Of a DNA stretch of 64,000 nt, positions 47,977-61,900 are shown piece after piece. A model generated the notes under the pieces. That model was given only the letters and a program-made list of their open reading frames with translations, was not told the DNA's origin and did no database searches. The position numbers were made by a program, and so were the translations under genes. The number at the start of each line of letters is the position of its first letter. Position 1 is the first letter of the stretch. Source of the DNA: Ylistrum balloti (lineage: Eukaryota); the NCBI RefSeq assembly GCF_031769215.1, contig NW_026781970.1:1426001-1490000 (forward strand). Reading direction: 5' to 3'.

Positions 47977-48222
47977 GGGCCGTATTCATGAAACCGTTCT
48001 CATGCTCAAGCATGAATTTTGTGCTCAAACCTTATGTCTTGTTTAAGTTAAAAATTGATAAATAAGGCTGATTTTACCAAAGATTTAAAAGCAATTTTGA
48101 AAGGGCTTCAAGTCGAAGTTATATTCCATGTTTATATTTGACATTTGTATTATTTTATATGATTTAGGAGAATTACAAAAAAGTTTGCTTGAGCATGAGA
48201 ATGGTTTCGTGAATACAGGCCC
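47977..48222. mobile_element. MITE (246 bp) with 36-37 bp terminal inverted repeats, possibly PIF/Harbinger-like
   Basis: Left end GGGCC-GTATTCATGAAACCGTTCTCATGCTCAAGCA (47977-48012). Reverse complement of the right end: GGGCCTGTATTCACGAAACCATTCTCATGCTCAAGCA (48186-48222). The two differ by 1 indel and 2 transitions. AT-rich non-coding interior; TSD not recognisable. Confidence 0.85.
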
Positions 48223-51200
48223 GTGTGTTTCGTTGACGACACCTTTAATGTAATTACAAACAAGTAATGACATGTTCCCAAAGGAAATGACATGTCATTT
48301 AATTTTAAGTTTAAAATTTTCCAAAAAAGTTCTGTTGTGATGATACGATAAAATTCAACAAGATCGCAATCAAAGCTCAAATTTAAATCGGTATAATGGT
48401 ATCCGTTGTAAACAAAATTTTATATCGGTGTGAAACGTTGTAGAGGTCAATTTTGAATTTACAATTATGAACAATACTAATATTGTAATCAATTTTATCA
48501 TTTATCACCAAATCTGAATGTCACAAGACAGAAAATGGCCAGTACAAGGTGTATCAACTATTTAAGTGAAAGTATATTTACTATTCTTAGAAATTAAAAT
48601 AATCTCACGCTTCAATAAATCATTAATGATGAATTGTCGAACACGATTTACACTTTTGTTTCATTGTTGGTCAATAGATTTGGAGTGTTTTTTTGTGAAA
48701 GTTGCTAGCAGTCTGCAGCAAACATTTGCACAAAGATTGTACAAAAGACACAGAACTAAATACCATTCTTTAGCGCAAATTTAGAAATACAATGTAGCAA
48801 AACTTTAACTGTGTCAAATAGCTGATTCGTCCTTCTAACAAACGTCATGACAATGGTCTTTGATTTTGAACTCTACAGGGTAGATCAAAAGATTTGTTTC
48901 ACAAAAAAAGTAGTTACTGATGTTTATTTTGTGAAAACAACTTACCAGACACAATGAAATGTAAGGGGGGAAATGTAAAAACAACAGTAATCCCCCATGC
49001 ATTCCATTAAATTGCGATAAGGATGCTAAACTGTTTTATGGCCTGGTATGAATTGATCTACATAAATTACTGATAAATCATTACTGATAGCTTATAAAAA
49101 GGGTATGAATGTGATTTATTTGGACATTTTCTCATTTGTTTATGATATGCATTTTTTCACGACAGGAAGCAGATAAATATCATATTTCGACAGAAAAAAT
49201 ATCATTTCTCGATATTTTTCCAGGAATTTCGTAAATAATTTATTGAAATACTGTCAATTAATCAAAATTATTTTAAGGAAAGTTAAAAAATCGCATTTTT
49301 CATAACATAACGCCTAAACCAGTTAAAATATCCAATATTGATGTTGGAATACACGGGCTTTTTTTTATCTCTAAATCATCTCTATATCTAACACATTATC
49401 TTTTAAAAGATCCCATTTGTATTAAATAAATGGATTTAATGGATTTATAATGTAATGGGCTCTGTTTCTAATGAATCATAAACATAACTCTTTTACAAAA
49501 ATCACACTAAAAATGCATATTAATAATATGAGATTTGATAGATTTTCATTTTTTTTCTTCTTTTTTTTTCCCGTGGAAATTTATATATTCCATTACTGCT
49601 TATTATCAAATCATTGGTTAAATGGCATCATGTGATATGATTAATGACGATAATTTTGTTTCAGACAAATCAGACCAACTAGTCGCCATGTATTGCTTGT
49701 TTGAGGAGCGGTTCAGATCACTATTGCCTGCTGAAAGTAAAAAAAAATAGAAAGTTAATTCGTTCGGTTCGGGAAATATCGCGCTCTTTGACATCAGATA
49801 GCTTGACAAAAAGACGACGCAATTTTGGATAGGCTGTTCAAGATGGTATTCAACCATCTTCTGTTGTTTCATAAAGCTGTTTTATATATCAAATTAGAAA
49901 ACCACAAATGTACAAATAAATTATTTGATGGAAAACCAACTTATTCAACTTTCGCTTCATCTGCGTCCGAACAAGAAATTTCAATGAAGTGACTAGAAAG
50001 CACCGCTCTGGTTGGTCACAATTATGAAAATTAAAGCATCATTGGAAAAGTGATGATTTAACATTTCTTATATAGGTTTTTATCAGTTCGATATTTTGCA
50101 ATAAATATTGGATTGGTCACTACATCAGCATTGATCAAATTTATCAAACATAGTTCTAGTTTCATCATAAAAATACAAAATTTTAACTGCCTGAAGGCGG
50201 TTTAGTACATTCTTTTTGCGTTACGTATTGCAGCAAAAGCGTCTGTGTCATATCGTTGGTATTTACTAACCATGCAACTGTCAGCGGATATTTGAAATTT
50301 GTATGATTGAAGAGAACAGAGTGAGAAAAATAAAACAAGAAAATACCAACATTTCAACAGAATCGTAATCCAAACACAAATTCAATCAAACTGGAGCAAA
50401 GTAGGATTTACACGGAGACTCCGAAAAAGCACAAGGATAATAAGACCGGGTGTTCCGGAAGAGTAAGTGTCTTTTGCTTTATCGACGACACCTGCCATGC
50501 ACGTCTCGGTCAATCCAAGTATGCAGTGTCACGTTGCCAGATGAAAGCACAGTAAATGACAGCGGAACCAACAGGTATACTAACACAAATAAACACGTCT
50601 ATCTTCGCATCGCAGAAAGGAAATTAGATATTTCCAAATGACTTCATTACGACCACCGTAAAACTCTAAAAAGTTTGTTCCTCCACATATGTCAACATTT
50701 ACACAGACAAATAAATGAAAAGGATTTAAAGCTACCATAACATCCAGGTAGGCTGTTGTGTTGAACTTACTATGACCGTGATTTTACAGATATTTCCGGA
50801 AATTTAAAGATAGAACAGGATACATGAACTAAAATATTGTAACAAATATAGGATAGAGGTATTAATGTTTACTTCCCCGCCACCAACAACCAGTATCCCC
50901 ACCCCCAAAAAAAAAAAAATAAAAAAATTAATGAATACACAATAAAGGGCAATTTTGATTAGTGTTATTATGCATATAAGAGCAACATATACGTACAAGA
51001 TCTGGGGTGTGAAGAACATATTCCTATTTGTTGGAATATTACAAAACAGCAGAAAGGATGTCTATGTTAAACTTAACGGTTTCGTTGCTCATAACCTATT
51101 GTGTACCCTATAAAACACTTCTGTAGAAAAGCCGTATATGGGTACGATTACAATTTACAGCCTGTTTATTGTTGTATTTGCCGTGCTTTGATTTAGATAG

Positions 51201-54200
51201 AGATGGTGTTTACGGTAGGTCTTTCATTTCAAGGGCTTGTAAGTATGATAACTTAAAATCACAAGTTATCTGATTACTATTCAATCATCTCTCCATCGAA
51301 CTTAACGACCGCACCAGGTTGTTTATATACAAATTATACCATTTAATGTATTCTGTTTGAAGGCTTTAATTTTACAAATATTCTACCGCTTTGCTCGGTG
51401 AACTATAAAAACAGGTATAACTGTGATTAAACAGAAAATAGTGATGAGTCATTGCACGAAAAATTCATTTAATTTTTATTTATTTTTTTCTTCTTTATTT
51501 TCTATTTTTCGTTACATTTGTAGAAAGTTTTATATATATGTTTACTCAGCGGAACTAGATACGCTATATTGATAAAACATTCCGCTATTCCAAACCAACC
51601 CACCCTAGAACAGATAAGGGCAATAAATAGCCTTCATGCGAAATTAAGACGAGTAATTTTACCAATCAGTCAAAATTTAAAAGTCATTTTATGGCAAGAT
51701 CGGGTGGCACTGCGTGTTACAAATGTAACATCCCATAATAATCCGGTCTTATGACGAATCAACCGCGTCTATTCCCGCCGGGGGTCACGTGATTATTTGG
51801 TCGATTTCCTGCATAGATCAAACGCTTGCGGGATCAAGATTCGATCTTGAGTCTATGTCACCTATTGTTCCGATATTAATGAGAAGAAGTTTTCCTCGTT
51901 CGTTCTCGATACCTTACACTGTTGACAGAATATCTCATCCGTATATTATAATAAATTGTTTCGAGATTCTCAATCACAAATACACATTGATGCGGGTAGC
52001 ATGGAACAAAAGTCATCTCCAAAAGCCTCGTTTTGAGACGACAGCAGCATAAATCATGATGTGGTTTTGTAATTAAACTTCGCCTGGTAAAGATCAAATA
52101 AATAACTTTCTTCATGAAAAAATAAACATTCTTTCACCTGAGTCATAATATGGAATTTATAAATCTTGATGAAGAGAGTGTATTTGACTTCTTCACATCA
52201 GATAAAATCTTACGGCAATCGCTCTGGTCTGATGACTTTCAATGCGAATTCCTTTGGATCAACGTCCAAGCTTATGAAGTCTTCTCTCCCTCTTTGTAAA
52301 AGAATTTGAAATATCTCTTATTTACATTTAATATTCCCACGTATGTGACATCTTCATTTCACGAAACGAAAAAATTGGAGTTTTTTTTTATATATTTTCT
52401 TTTATTTTTTGCTAAAATTGTCATGTTTGAACATCTTACTTCTACAGGACAATTACCTAATCTTTATTTCCAAAATTTACACTGCGTGTAATTAAATACA
52501 TATATACATGACATCTGTGTCAATTACATAACATGTGACGTAAACGACCATTGTTAGGGTTTTATGTACGTGGTGTATCTGCAAAGAGAAGGATTAGGTT
52601 CGTGTTCTGCATTTTTGATGTTCAGTCTAGAGGTCCAAACAACACGTGCAGAGAAATTTATATTAAACATATATGAGCTGGTAAATGAAAACGACAAAAC
52701 GACGATGAATTCTGATGTGGCAACACAGCAAAAACAAATCTCGTTGTACAGAATACTGGTATGTTCAAAATTCACATCAAAAACCAAATGTTGAGGAAGC
52801 AACAAATTAGCAATAGAGACATACGTAATATGGAAATATCAACCTATAAAGAAAAAAACATCAAACAAGGGAGAAAGAAAAAAATAGGTAATAAAAAATG
52901 CCAATTCGTCAAATTTCAATTGGTCACTATTCTATTCCAAGAATTTGAAGCCCAGAAGCCGACTGAGAAATCCAAAGTGAATGAAGGAATACTCAAAATC
53001 TAAAAAAAAAATCTAAAATCACACTAAAATACCGTGTAAAGGACGGTACATTAAAATACAGCGTGAACAGTGATAACAATCACCTCATTACTGGGCAAAT
53101 TTAACCTGTAACTAGATTCTCTCTACCGCCTATAGCGACATTAAGTTAAATGAAAAAAACTAAATTTGATATTTTGTATTTATCCGATGTACAATAAACA
53201 TGAGATTATATAGTTTTTACGGAAGTTTATATGAAACACTCAAACTATTCACCAATACGAACACCCCAGGAGCTTAATAACTCGTTATTTCACAAGGCTT
53301 GTATAATTGCATGAAACAAAAAGGAAAGAATTTTGAGGAGATATTAAAAGTACAAGAATTAAAATCTCCAACAAAACATATGTTTTAATAGGTACCTTGG
53401 GTTTAATGCTTGTTCTTCATGTGTACATAGATTTAGGAATGAAAAAGTGTTACCGAAAGGGAAATTTGACTCTCAGGAAAGAGCAATTCCCGAACCAATC
53501 AAACATCCTCAAATATCACTATTGATTTTCCATTAGTCAATTGCTACTGATGATATGGTGAAGAATTAGGAGTTGTCCTAAATCACCATCATGGCATCAG
53601 ATCTTATAGATGAAAGCGTGTGAGTGCAATGTTTCCATAGATTTTCTTGAAATACAAGTTTTATAGAGCATCCGAACCAATACATGTCACTTTTGTTTAA
53701 TTTCCACAATTATAGATATTGTAACTTTTGTCTTATTGTTAAAAATTGTCAGGGAGATATAATTCGTTGATTGTTGTAAGTGTTCTCAAATATCGTTAAA
53801 GTAGAAAGACTAAAATGAGATTAAACCAGCTAAGTTCTATCACAGGAGGTCAATGGAGATGCTTGTCATGCACCCATTTTTATTCGCTCTCTTTTTTCTA
53901 ACCACAAGCGCGCGAGATGTCTTTGTATGGTTCATGCTTGAAAATGTCTCGCTGCTTCATTGCAAGTAAAACACCCATCACTAACTCCTTATCGCTTTGA
54001 TATCAAATAATCGTATTTTAAATGTAGAAATTAATGTGTTTTATTGTGGATACTGTGTAACTTTCACAAACACATTATTATTATTTGGTAGTCATGCATG
54101 AAACAGTTAAAACCATATTTCGCAGATGTAGTCAAGTAAATCATACAGAATAGTTATAAAAGCATTCGGGTTTGGATGCACACCTGTTAATCTTGAACAA

Positions 54201-57200
54201 AAACGAAAATAGAGTTTAACTGGTTTTCTAAATAATTCATCCTTACGACTCCCAGACAATATAAAGCGCATACCAATATTTCATGGGGGGTTTACTAATT
54301 TCAATTTGAGTCACATATCATAGAATGCGAGTTTGCATAATTGATGCTATCAACGAAAGGCTTGATTGAACAACGTCATCCATCCGAGAAAATGTCCATG
54401 TTACGCTTCAGTGATCACACGATATAGCTATGAATAAACAATCGCGTCATTCCGAGGTGAAATTATATTATTTTACGTTTCTTGTTAATGAAAAAACGTT
54501 AGATACTTGTCATAAAAAATAATTAAGATGACTTAGACTTCCGTGAAGGCATGCAAGGAAGTGATAAAAAAGGTGAGGAAATTGTCGCTATAAAGCGGAT
54601 TATTTTGATTATAAATCAGCCACGTGTAAATGTGAGTCTTTGTTTATGTTGCTTCAGATTTGATGTCTTGACAACACACTTTCAGGCAGTAACAGAGGAA
54701 GGTAACCGTTTATGTTGAAATCAACTTCGAATCTACATTTACTTTACTATATTGTGTCCCTTCACCAATGGATTTTCCAACAGATACACCATAGATTATC
54801 AAAACCTCAAGAAAGGTATATTTGACACAGATAAATCTTGGTCAATCCAGGAGAGTACTGTCACGTTCTCTAAATTAGAACAATGTAAACAAGAGCCGAA
54901 CATACACGAGTATCAAACACGCTGAGCTTCATATCGCCCAAGGAAATAGAATATGTTCCAATCAGGTCATTATGGTAACTCTCAAACTTTCCCATAATCA
55001 TCATTAACCTTTATCTCTCGAAATGCTAAGTTTTGGGTTTATATTTTCACTCCAGAGCAAAAACTGTCAAACCAATCAATTGTACCACACTAGCAGTTCG
55101 TTTTGCTTGATGCTCCCCCTGACGAAGACTTCAAAAACGAAAATTGAACAGCACCTTTCAATACCAATTCATAAGGACATATAGAGTGCATAGTCAAAAA
55201 TTAATACAGTCATACCGTCCTTTCGTCTTTCTAGGTCTCCTCACTGATCCTAAGAGCCTTCATTGTGAAATCAAGGAGACGATTCTAACCAATGACATTT
55301 TAGGGAGTTACTATTAACAGAAAATCATGGACAAGTAATCAATGAAAGTCGAAATCAATATTGTTATCATAAAGAAAAGTAGAAAACAGTGCTGATTGCG
55401 TCTAAAGGTCACCTAGAGGTAAACAGCTGGCGAAAGAGAATCTTTACAATATTTTCTTTTTAATTCTGGAAAGTATATAAGATACGCGACCCATATATTT
55501 GTAGAACTGAACGAAAAGATTTTAGGACCTGGCGAGATCTGTGATCTGAAAACACTTCCACCACGAAAGTGTCATTTTTGCTAGTGTTGGTATGTCCATA
55601 AGTATATATGTAAAACATACATGTAATGTCACCTTTGCAAAGACATTGTCAACTAGGGTCCAGATTTCACATTGACACTGAATGTGCTAGTCCCTAGCTG
55701 TCTAATGAATTTAAATCATTTCTAGGAATATATACTGTATACATAGGTAAATTTTCATTGAAAGATCTTCTGGCTTTATTTACAAGAATACTTGAAATGA
55801 TATCCGGTTTAGCGGAAAGTCCTCATTACAAGAGAACTAAGGCATGTTTAAGTTAAGAATGGTATGTTATGTGCTAAAAAAAGTCCAATTGTACTAAGTG
55901 AAAAATGTTCAAGATGGTTAAAAATTATCCGGAGTTCATATCTTATTAATTCCATCTCTAATGTATATGACAGAAAGAAGATTAGATAAAGGGTTAGACA
56001 GCAACACAACAATAAGTTTCTTAAGAATTCGATAGTATCAATATTCTTATAAAAATCATAGTTTAACAGCAACGTTTTAACATTACTTTAATGATGTCAT
56101 AGAAATCTGATAATTATGTTCCTGATATAACGCACTATTTCCCTATATCTTTTGACTGTTGCGAATGGTTTTGTGAGATGCATCAGTGAACCTAACAAAG
56201 CTGACATAAAGTCTTATTTTCTTAGATGTTATGGGTTCTTTTAAGTTTGTTTAATAACCCTATATCTATATGATTTACTATGTATGTAAGCATGACGTCT
56301 ACTGGTACATGTGTATGTATGACAGGCAAAAGACCAAATCAAAACGTAAAAAAAAGTCAAAACACGTACAGGTTACATACACAGTAAACGACACGTATCG
56401 CAGGCATCTACGTCCTATTGTTAAGGTGTGTGGGTTTTCCTCTCCCAGTTTTTTTCTAATCTGTATTTAATCAACGTAGAAAGTAAATCATAACAAAAAA
56501 TAGGGGGAAAAATACGAAAATAAAATGAAAATGTTGCGTAAATTACTTTTTGACTTATATTTTTGTTTAAAAGAAAAGAACTACGCGGACCCGCATTGCT
56601 TTTAAATCCATCATGTCTTGTCTCCTGTTTTAATTGCTTATTTCAAACCGCTTTCAATTAATGTTTTTCTTTGCTGTTGTTCCTTTTTACTTACATCTTA
56701 GGGATTTAGGACATCTAATGGCAGGCAAGAAAGCTACATCTTAGCCAATTTGATACAAAAGTTTCTTTCTTGTGATCAAAGGTATACATATTGCAAATCT
56801 GCCGATGATGCAGCTTTAAAACACGTTAACCAAAATATATTGCTATGCTTGCATATGCGTCTTTAATGATAAAACTGCGCTATCATTACGGGTGTATACT
56901 ACAAAAAGTTAGTATGACTTAAGTCTGATGGCACGGTCATTTGTCAAGTCGAGATAGTTCACACACGATCAGCTATACCTGTGTCCGTCTTCCCTTTATG
57001 TCTACCGACCCAAACATTTCTCTTTGAAGATGGGTAGATGTAAATAGCCAACCCATCCACAGAAATAGAAATGGGATAATGATTAACTTGATTGCACGCT
57101 CCTGTGTTACACGCCTGCTTACGATGAATGATAAGAACCATTGACAATTATTTCGAAAAAGAAGCTAAGAACAAAGAGTATAATTAATTATAATTACTTA

Positions 57201-58184
57201 AAACCCTGTTAAATCTCGACTCTGTAGAAAAAAACAACCAGAAAATTCCAGCATGTCAACATTCATAATCCAAACTCAAATTCAATTAAATTGGACAAAG
57301 TATGACAAAAAAAAGAGATTTACACAGGAACTCTTAAATAATATATATCAACTACAATTGTTATCTTATATACTGTGTAACTTCAACTTTATAATATTCT
57401 TAATGATACCAAGAACGTAAGGGATTTTTACTCCTGCCATTTTACTCACGCAGACCACAGCTTGGATGTTAATTAAAATTGTCGTTTCATTCATGTTAAA
57501 TAGCTGTATAATGGAATAGGGTGTTTGTATTAGGCTTCCTAAGCAGAATTATGCTGACTCTGAAATGATATCGCGTGACATGTGTTGAAAAAAAAAAGAC
57601 AACAACACTAAAAATAGTAAATTTATGTTTGTTATCTTTCAGAAATACAATGATACGTTCAACGTACTTGTTTTCAGATAAGGCTATGACACTTTGTGAA
57701 AGAAATTATGACACTGTTATGTAAAAACTGTTGTCTATAACAGGATTCAAATCCCCCATGCTGCTTTCCATTACTACAGCTGTGTAGACTAAAACAAAAA
57801 AATTAATATGAAAGTCAAAATCTTAAAATACAATACAAATATTGATAAGGGTTTACATTGACTTTGATTAATTTTGTCAGTCCTTCAGAAAACAATACTG
57901 CCATGATGATCTGTAAAACAGACGTTTTGAGACTAAGCTAGTAGTTCAGAATACCATCATTGACAATGTTAAAACTACCGGACAATAGCTCGCTTAAGAC
58001 TAGCTCGTTCATACCAATTCCTTCCATTTAACGGTATAATATGGTGTTATATTATCGACTCGTCACGATTTAGTAGTGCAATGTTTGCTAAATCGAAAGT
58101 CACGCTGAATTTTTAATGCCTTTTCAACAAGGGGCTAATCAGAGTTATATTCTATAAGGTACCGATGGCAATCTGTTGAGGTGA

Positions 58185-58197
58185 TGACCTTTGACCT
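58185..58197 (-). promoter_or_regulatory. Perfect nuclear-receptor DR1 motif (AGGTCA-A-AGGTCA on the minus strand)
   Basis: The plus strand reads TGACCTTTGACCT. Confidence 0.35.
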
Positions 58198-58544
58198 TGG
58201 AATGTTCATTCCAGGTGTGCGCAGGTAACCAGACGATTAGCATGGTATCCACGTCTTTAACGCTAAAACCTTAAATACGGTATGAAATCATTCATCACCA
58301 ACAGGCCTACGAGAGAGGGTATTTGTACAGGAGGGGCACAGCTCCCGGACGGGTCTTCCGGAATGTCTTCTCGTGCTGTGGATGAAATCCAGCCCGTGTT
58401 GTCGACACTTGAAAAGCCCGTTTACAAATATTTTGACGTATGTTGAAGCTGTTTTAGGAAGACGGGCCTGTTTGTCTTCCCAGTCCCCGCCCCCCTCTAC
58501 ACGAACTGAGACTGTCTGTCTGCTAGGCTGACATTAGGACGACG

Positions 58545-58557
58545 AGGTCAAGGGTCA
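58545..58557 (+). promoter_or_regulatory. DR1 motif AGGTCA-A-GGGTCA
   Basis: Read directly; opposite orientation to the 58185 motif. Confidence 0.35.
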
Positions 58558-58984
58558 AAGATGTGGCAACTACGTTCGACGGGTACGTAGCAACGCTAGG
58601 TTGATGAATCCGATATGTCCCCGACACAGATGCTGGTTATCTTTGCTTCTGTTGAAGCTAAATGACCACCTATGGTCGTAACCATGTTATTTCAGATTTC
58701 TGTTTTTTCCAGACCAAGACTGCATTTTTCGGCGAAAAATAGTCTTGCATGATATTTGGGAAAAGTTTAGAGAGATTTGGAAATAAGTCGATTTTCTTAT
58801 TGATTTCCAAGCTCGATTCTAAAGTTCTGGTTGGTTGTATTCCTCTCTACAATCGTCCATATCAAACAGGGACCTTGGTCATAATGGTTATCTTTGTAAA
58901 ATTGCTAGTTTTCTGCAATTTAAAAGTATATGGAAGGCCAAAACGGCTATTCTAATGAACATGAAACCTAGATCACCATTTATT

Positions 58985-61900
58985 ACATCTGTTGAGTCTC
59001 AATTACGACAACCTCTGTGGCGCCTCATTTACGACAACCCCTGTGACGTCTCAATTACGACAACTTCTGTTGCGTCTCAAATTACGACACCCTCTGTGAC
59101 GTCTCAATTACCACACCCTCTGTGACGTCTCAATTACGACAACCTCTGTGACGTCTCAATTACCACAACCTCTGTGACGTCTCAATTACGACAACCTCTG
59201 TGACGTCGCAATTACAACAACCTCTGTGACGTCTCAATTACCACAACCTCTGTGACGTCTCAATTACAACAACCTCTGTGACGTCTCAATTACGACAACC
59301 TCTGTGACGTCGCAATTACAACAACCTCTGTGACGTCTCAATTACGACAACCTCTGTGACGTCTCAATTACAACAACCTCTGTGACGTCTCAATTACGAC
59401 AACCTCTGTGACGTCGCAATTACAACAACCTCTGTGACGTCTCAATTACGACAACCTCTGTGACGTCTCAATTACCACAACCTCTGTGACGTCTCAATTA
59501 CCACAACCTCTGTGACGTCTCAATTACGACAACCTCTGTGACGTCGCAATTACAACAACCTCTGTGACGTCTCAATTACCACAACATCTGTGACGTCGCA
59601 ATTACAACAACCTCTGTAACGTCGCAATTACCACAACCTCTGTGACGTCTCAATTACAACAACCTCTGTGACGTCGCAATTACGACAACCTCTGTGACGT
59701 CGCAATTACAACAACCTCTGTAACGTCGCAATTACCACAACCTCTGTAACGTCGCAATTACCACACCCTCTGTGACGTCTCAATTACGACAACTTCTGTG
59801 GCGTCTCAATTACGACAACCTCTGTAACGTCTCAATTACCACAACCTCTGTGGCGTCGAAATTACCACAACCTCTGTAACGTCTCAATTACCACAACCTC
59901 CGTGACGTCCCAATTACGACAACATCTGTGGCGTCTCAATTACGACAACATCTGTGATGTCACAATTACCACAACCCCTGTGGCGCATCAATTACAACAA
60001 CCTCTGTGACGTCTCAATTACGACAACTTCTGTGACGTCTCAATTACGACAACTTCTGTGACGTCTCAATTACCACAACCTCTGTAACGTCGCAATCACC
60101 ACAACCTCTGTGACGTCTCAATTACGACAACCTCTGTGACGTCTCAATTACCACAATCTCTGTAACGTCGAAATTACCACAACCTCTGTAACGTCTCAAT
60201 TACAACAACCTCTGTGACGTCTCAATTACGACACCCTCTGTGACGTCTCAATTACGACAACTTCTGTGACGTCTCAATTGCCACAACCTCTGTGACGTCT
60301 CTATTTCGACAACCTCTGTGGCGCATCAATAACGACAACCTCTGTGACGTCTCAATTACGACACCCTCTGTGACGTCTCAATTACGACAACTTCTGTGGC
60401 GTCTCAATTACGACAACTTCTGTGACGTCTCAATTGCCACAACCTCTGTGACGTCTCTATTTCGACAACCTCTGTGGCGCATCAATAACGACAACCTCTG
60501 TGACGTCTCAATTACGACACCCTCTGTGACGTCTCAATTACGACAACTTCTGTGACGTCTCAATTGCCACAACCTCTGTGACGTCTCTATTTCGACAACC
60601 TCTGTGGCGCATCAATAACGACAACCTCTGTGACGTCTCAATTACGACACCCTCTGTGACGTCTCAATTACCACAACCTCTGTAACGTCTCAATTACCAC
60701 AACCTCTGTAACGTTTCAATTACAACAACCTCTGTGACGTCTCAATTACGACAACCTCTGTGACGTCTCAATTACGACAACTTCTGTGACGTCTCAATTA
60801 CGACAACTTCTGTGACGTCTCAATTACGACAACATCTGTGGCGTCGAAATTACCACAACCTCTGTAACGTCTCAATTACCACAACCTCTGTGGCGTCGAA
60901 ATTACCACAACCTCTGTAACGTCTCAATTACCACAACCCCTGTGGCGTCTCAATTACAACAACCTCTGTGGCGTCTCAATTACGACAACTTCTGTGACGT
61001 CTCAATTACGACAACATCTGTGACGTCTCAATTACGACAACATCTGTGATGTCACAATTACCACAACCCCTGTGGCGCATCAATTACAACAACCTCTGTG
61101 ACGTCTCAATTACGACAACATCTGTGACGTCTCAATTACGACAACATCTGTGATGTCACAATTACCACAACCCCTGTGGCGCATCAATTACAACAACCTC
61201 TGTGACGTCTCAATTACGACAACATCTGTGATGTCACAATTACCACAACCCCTGTGGCGCATCAATTACAACAACCTCTGTGACGTCTCAATTACGACAA
61301 CTTCTGTGACGTCTCAATTACGACAACTTCTGTGACGTCTCAATTACCACAACCTCTGTAACGTCGCAATCACCACAACCTCTGTGACGTCTCAATTACG
61401 ACAACATCTGTGACGTCTCTATTTCGACAACCCCTGTGGCGCATCAATTACCACAACCTCTGTGACGTCGCAATTACAACAACCTCTGTAACGTCGCAAT
61501 TACCACAACCTCTGTAACGTCGCAATTGCCACAACCTCTGTGACGTCTCTATTTCGACAACCTCTGTGGCGCATCAATAACGACAACCTCTGTGACGTCT
61601 CAATTACGACACCCTCTGTGACGTCTCAATTACGACAACTTCTGTGACGTCTCAATTACCACAACCTCTGTAACGTCGCAATTACCACAACCTCTGTGAC
61701 GTCTCAATTACCACAACCTCTATGACGTCTCAATTACGACAACTTCTGTGGCGTCTCAATTACGACAACCTCTGTAACGTCTCAATTACCACAACCTCTG
61801 TAACGTCTCAATTACCACAACCTCTGTGACGTCGAAATTACCACAACCTCTGTAACGTCGCAATTACCACAACATCTGTGACGTCGCAATTACAACAACC

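Noticed and set aside
50445-50505. Possible decayed copy of a common bivalve interspersed repeat (GGTGTTCCGGAAGAGTAAG...)
   Set aside because: The resemblance is from memory, short and diverged; boundaries and family cannot be set without a repeat library.
50804-51019. LQYFS in a minus ORF as a SCAPER exon
   Set aside because: Only a 4-5 residue coincidence with the SCAPER PFQYFSDP motif; the flanking residues do not match.
52222-52267. Hammerhead-like motif on the + strand (CTGATGA...GAAT-TCC-TTT-GGA-TC)
   Set aside because: Stem III is plausible, but A15.1 is T, stem II cannot form and stem I does not pair.
58835-61335. Thr/Ser-rich mucin-like ORFs (58835-59125, 60292-60555, 61150-61335)
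   Set aside because: These are by-products of the 26-bp unit, which is not a multiple of 3. Frames cycle every 78 bp and are cut by the TGA in TGTGACG.
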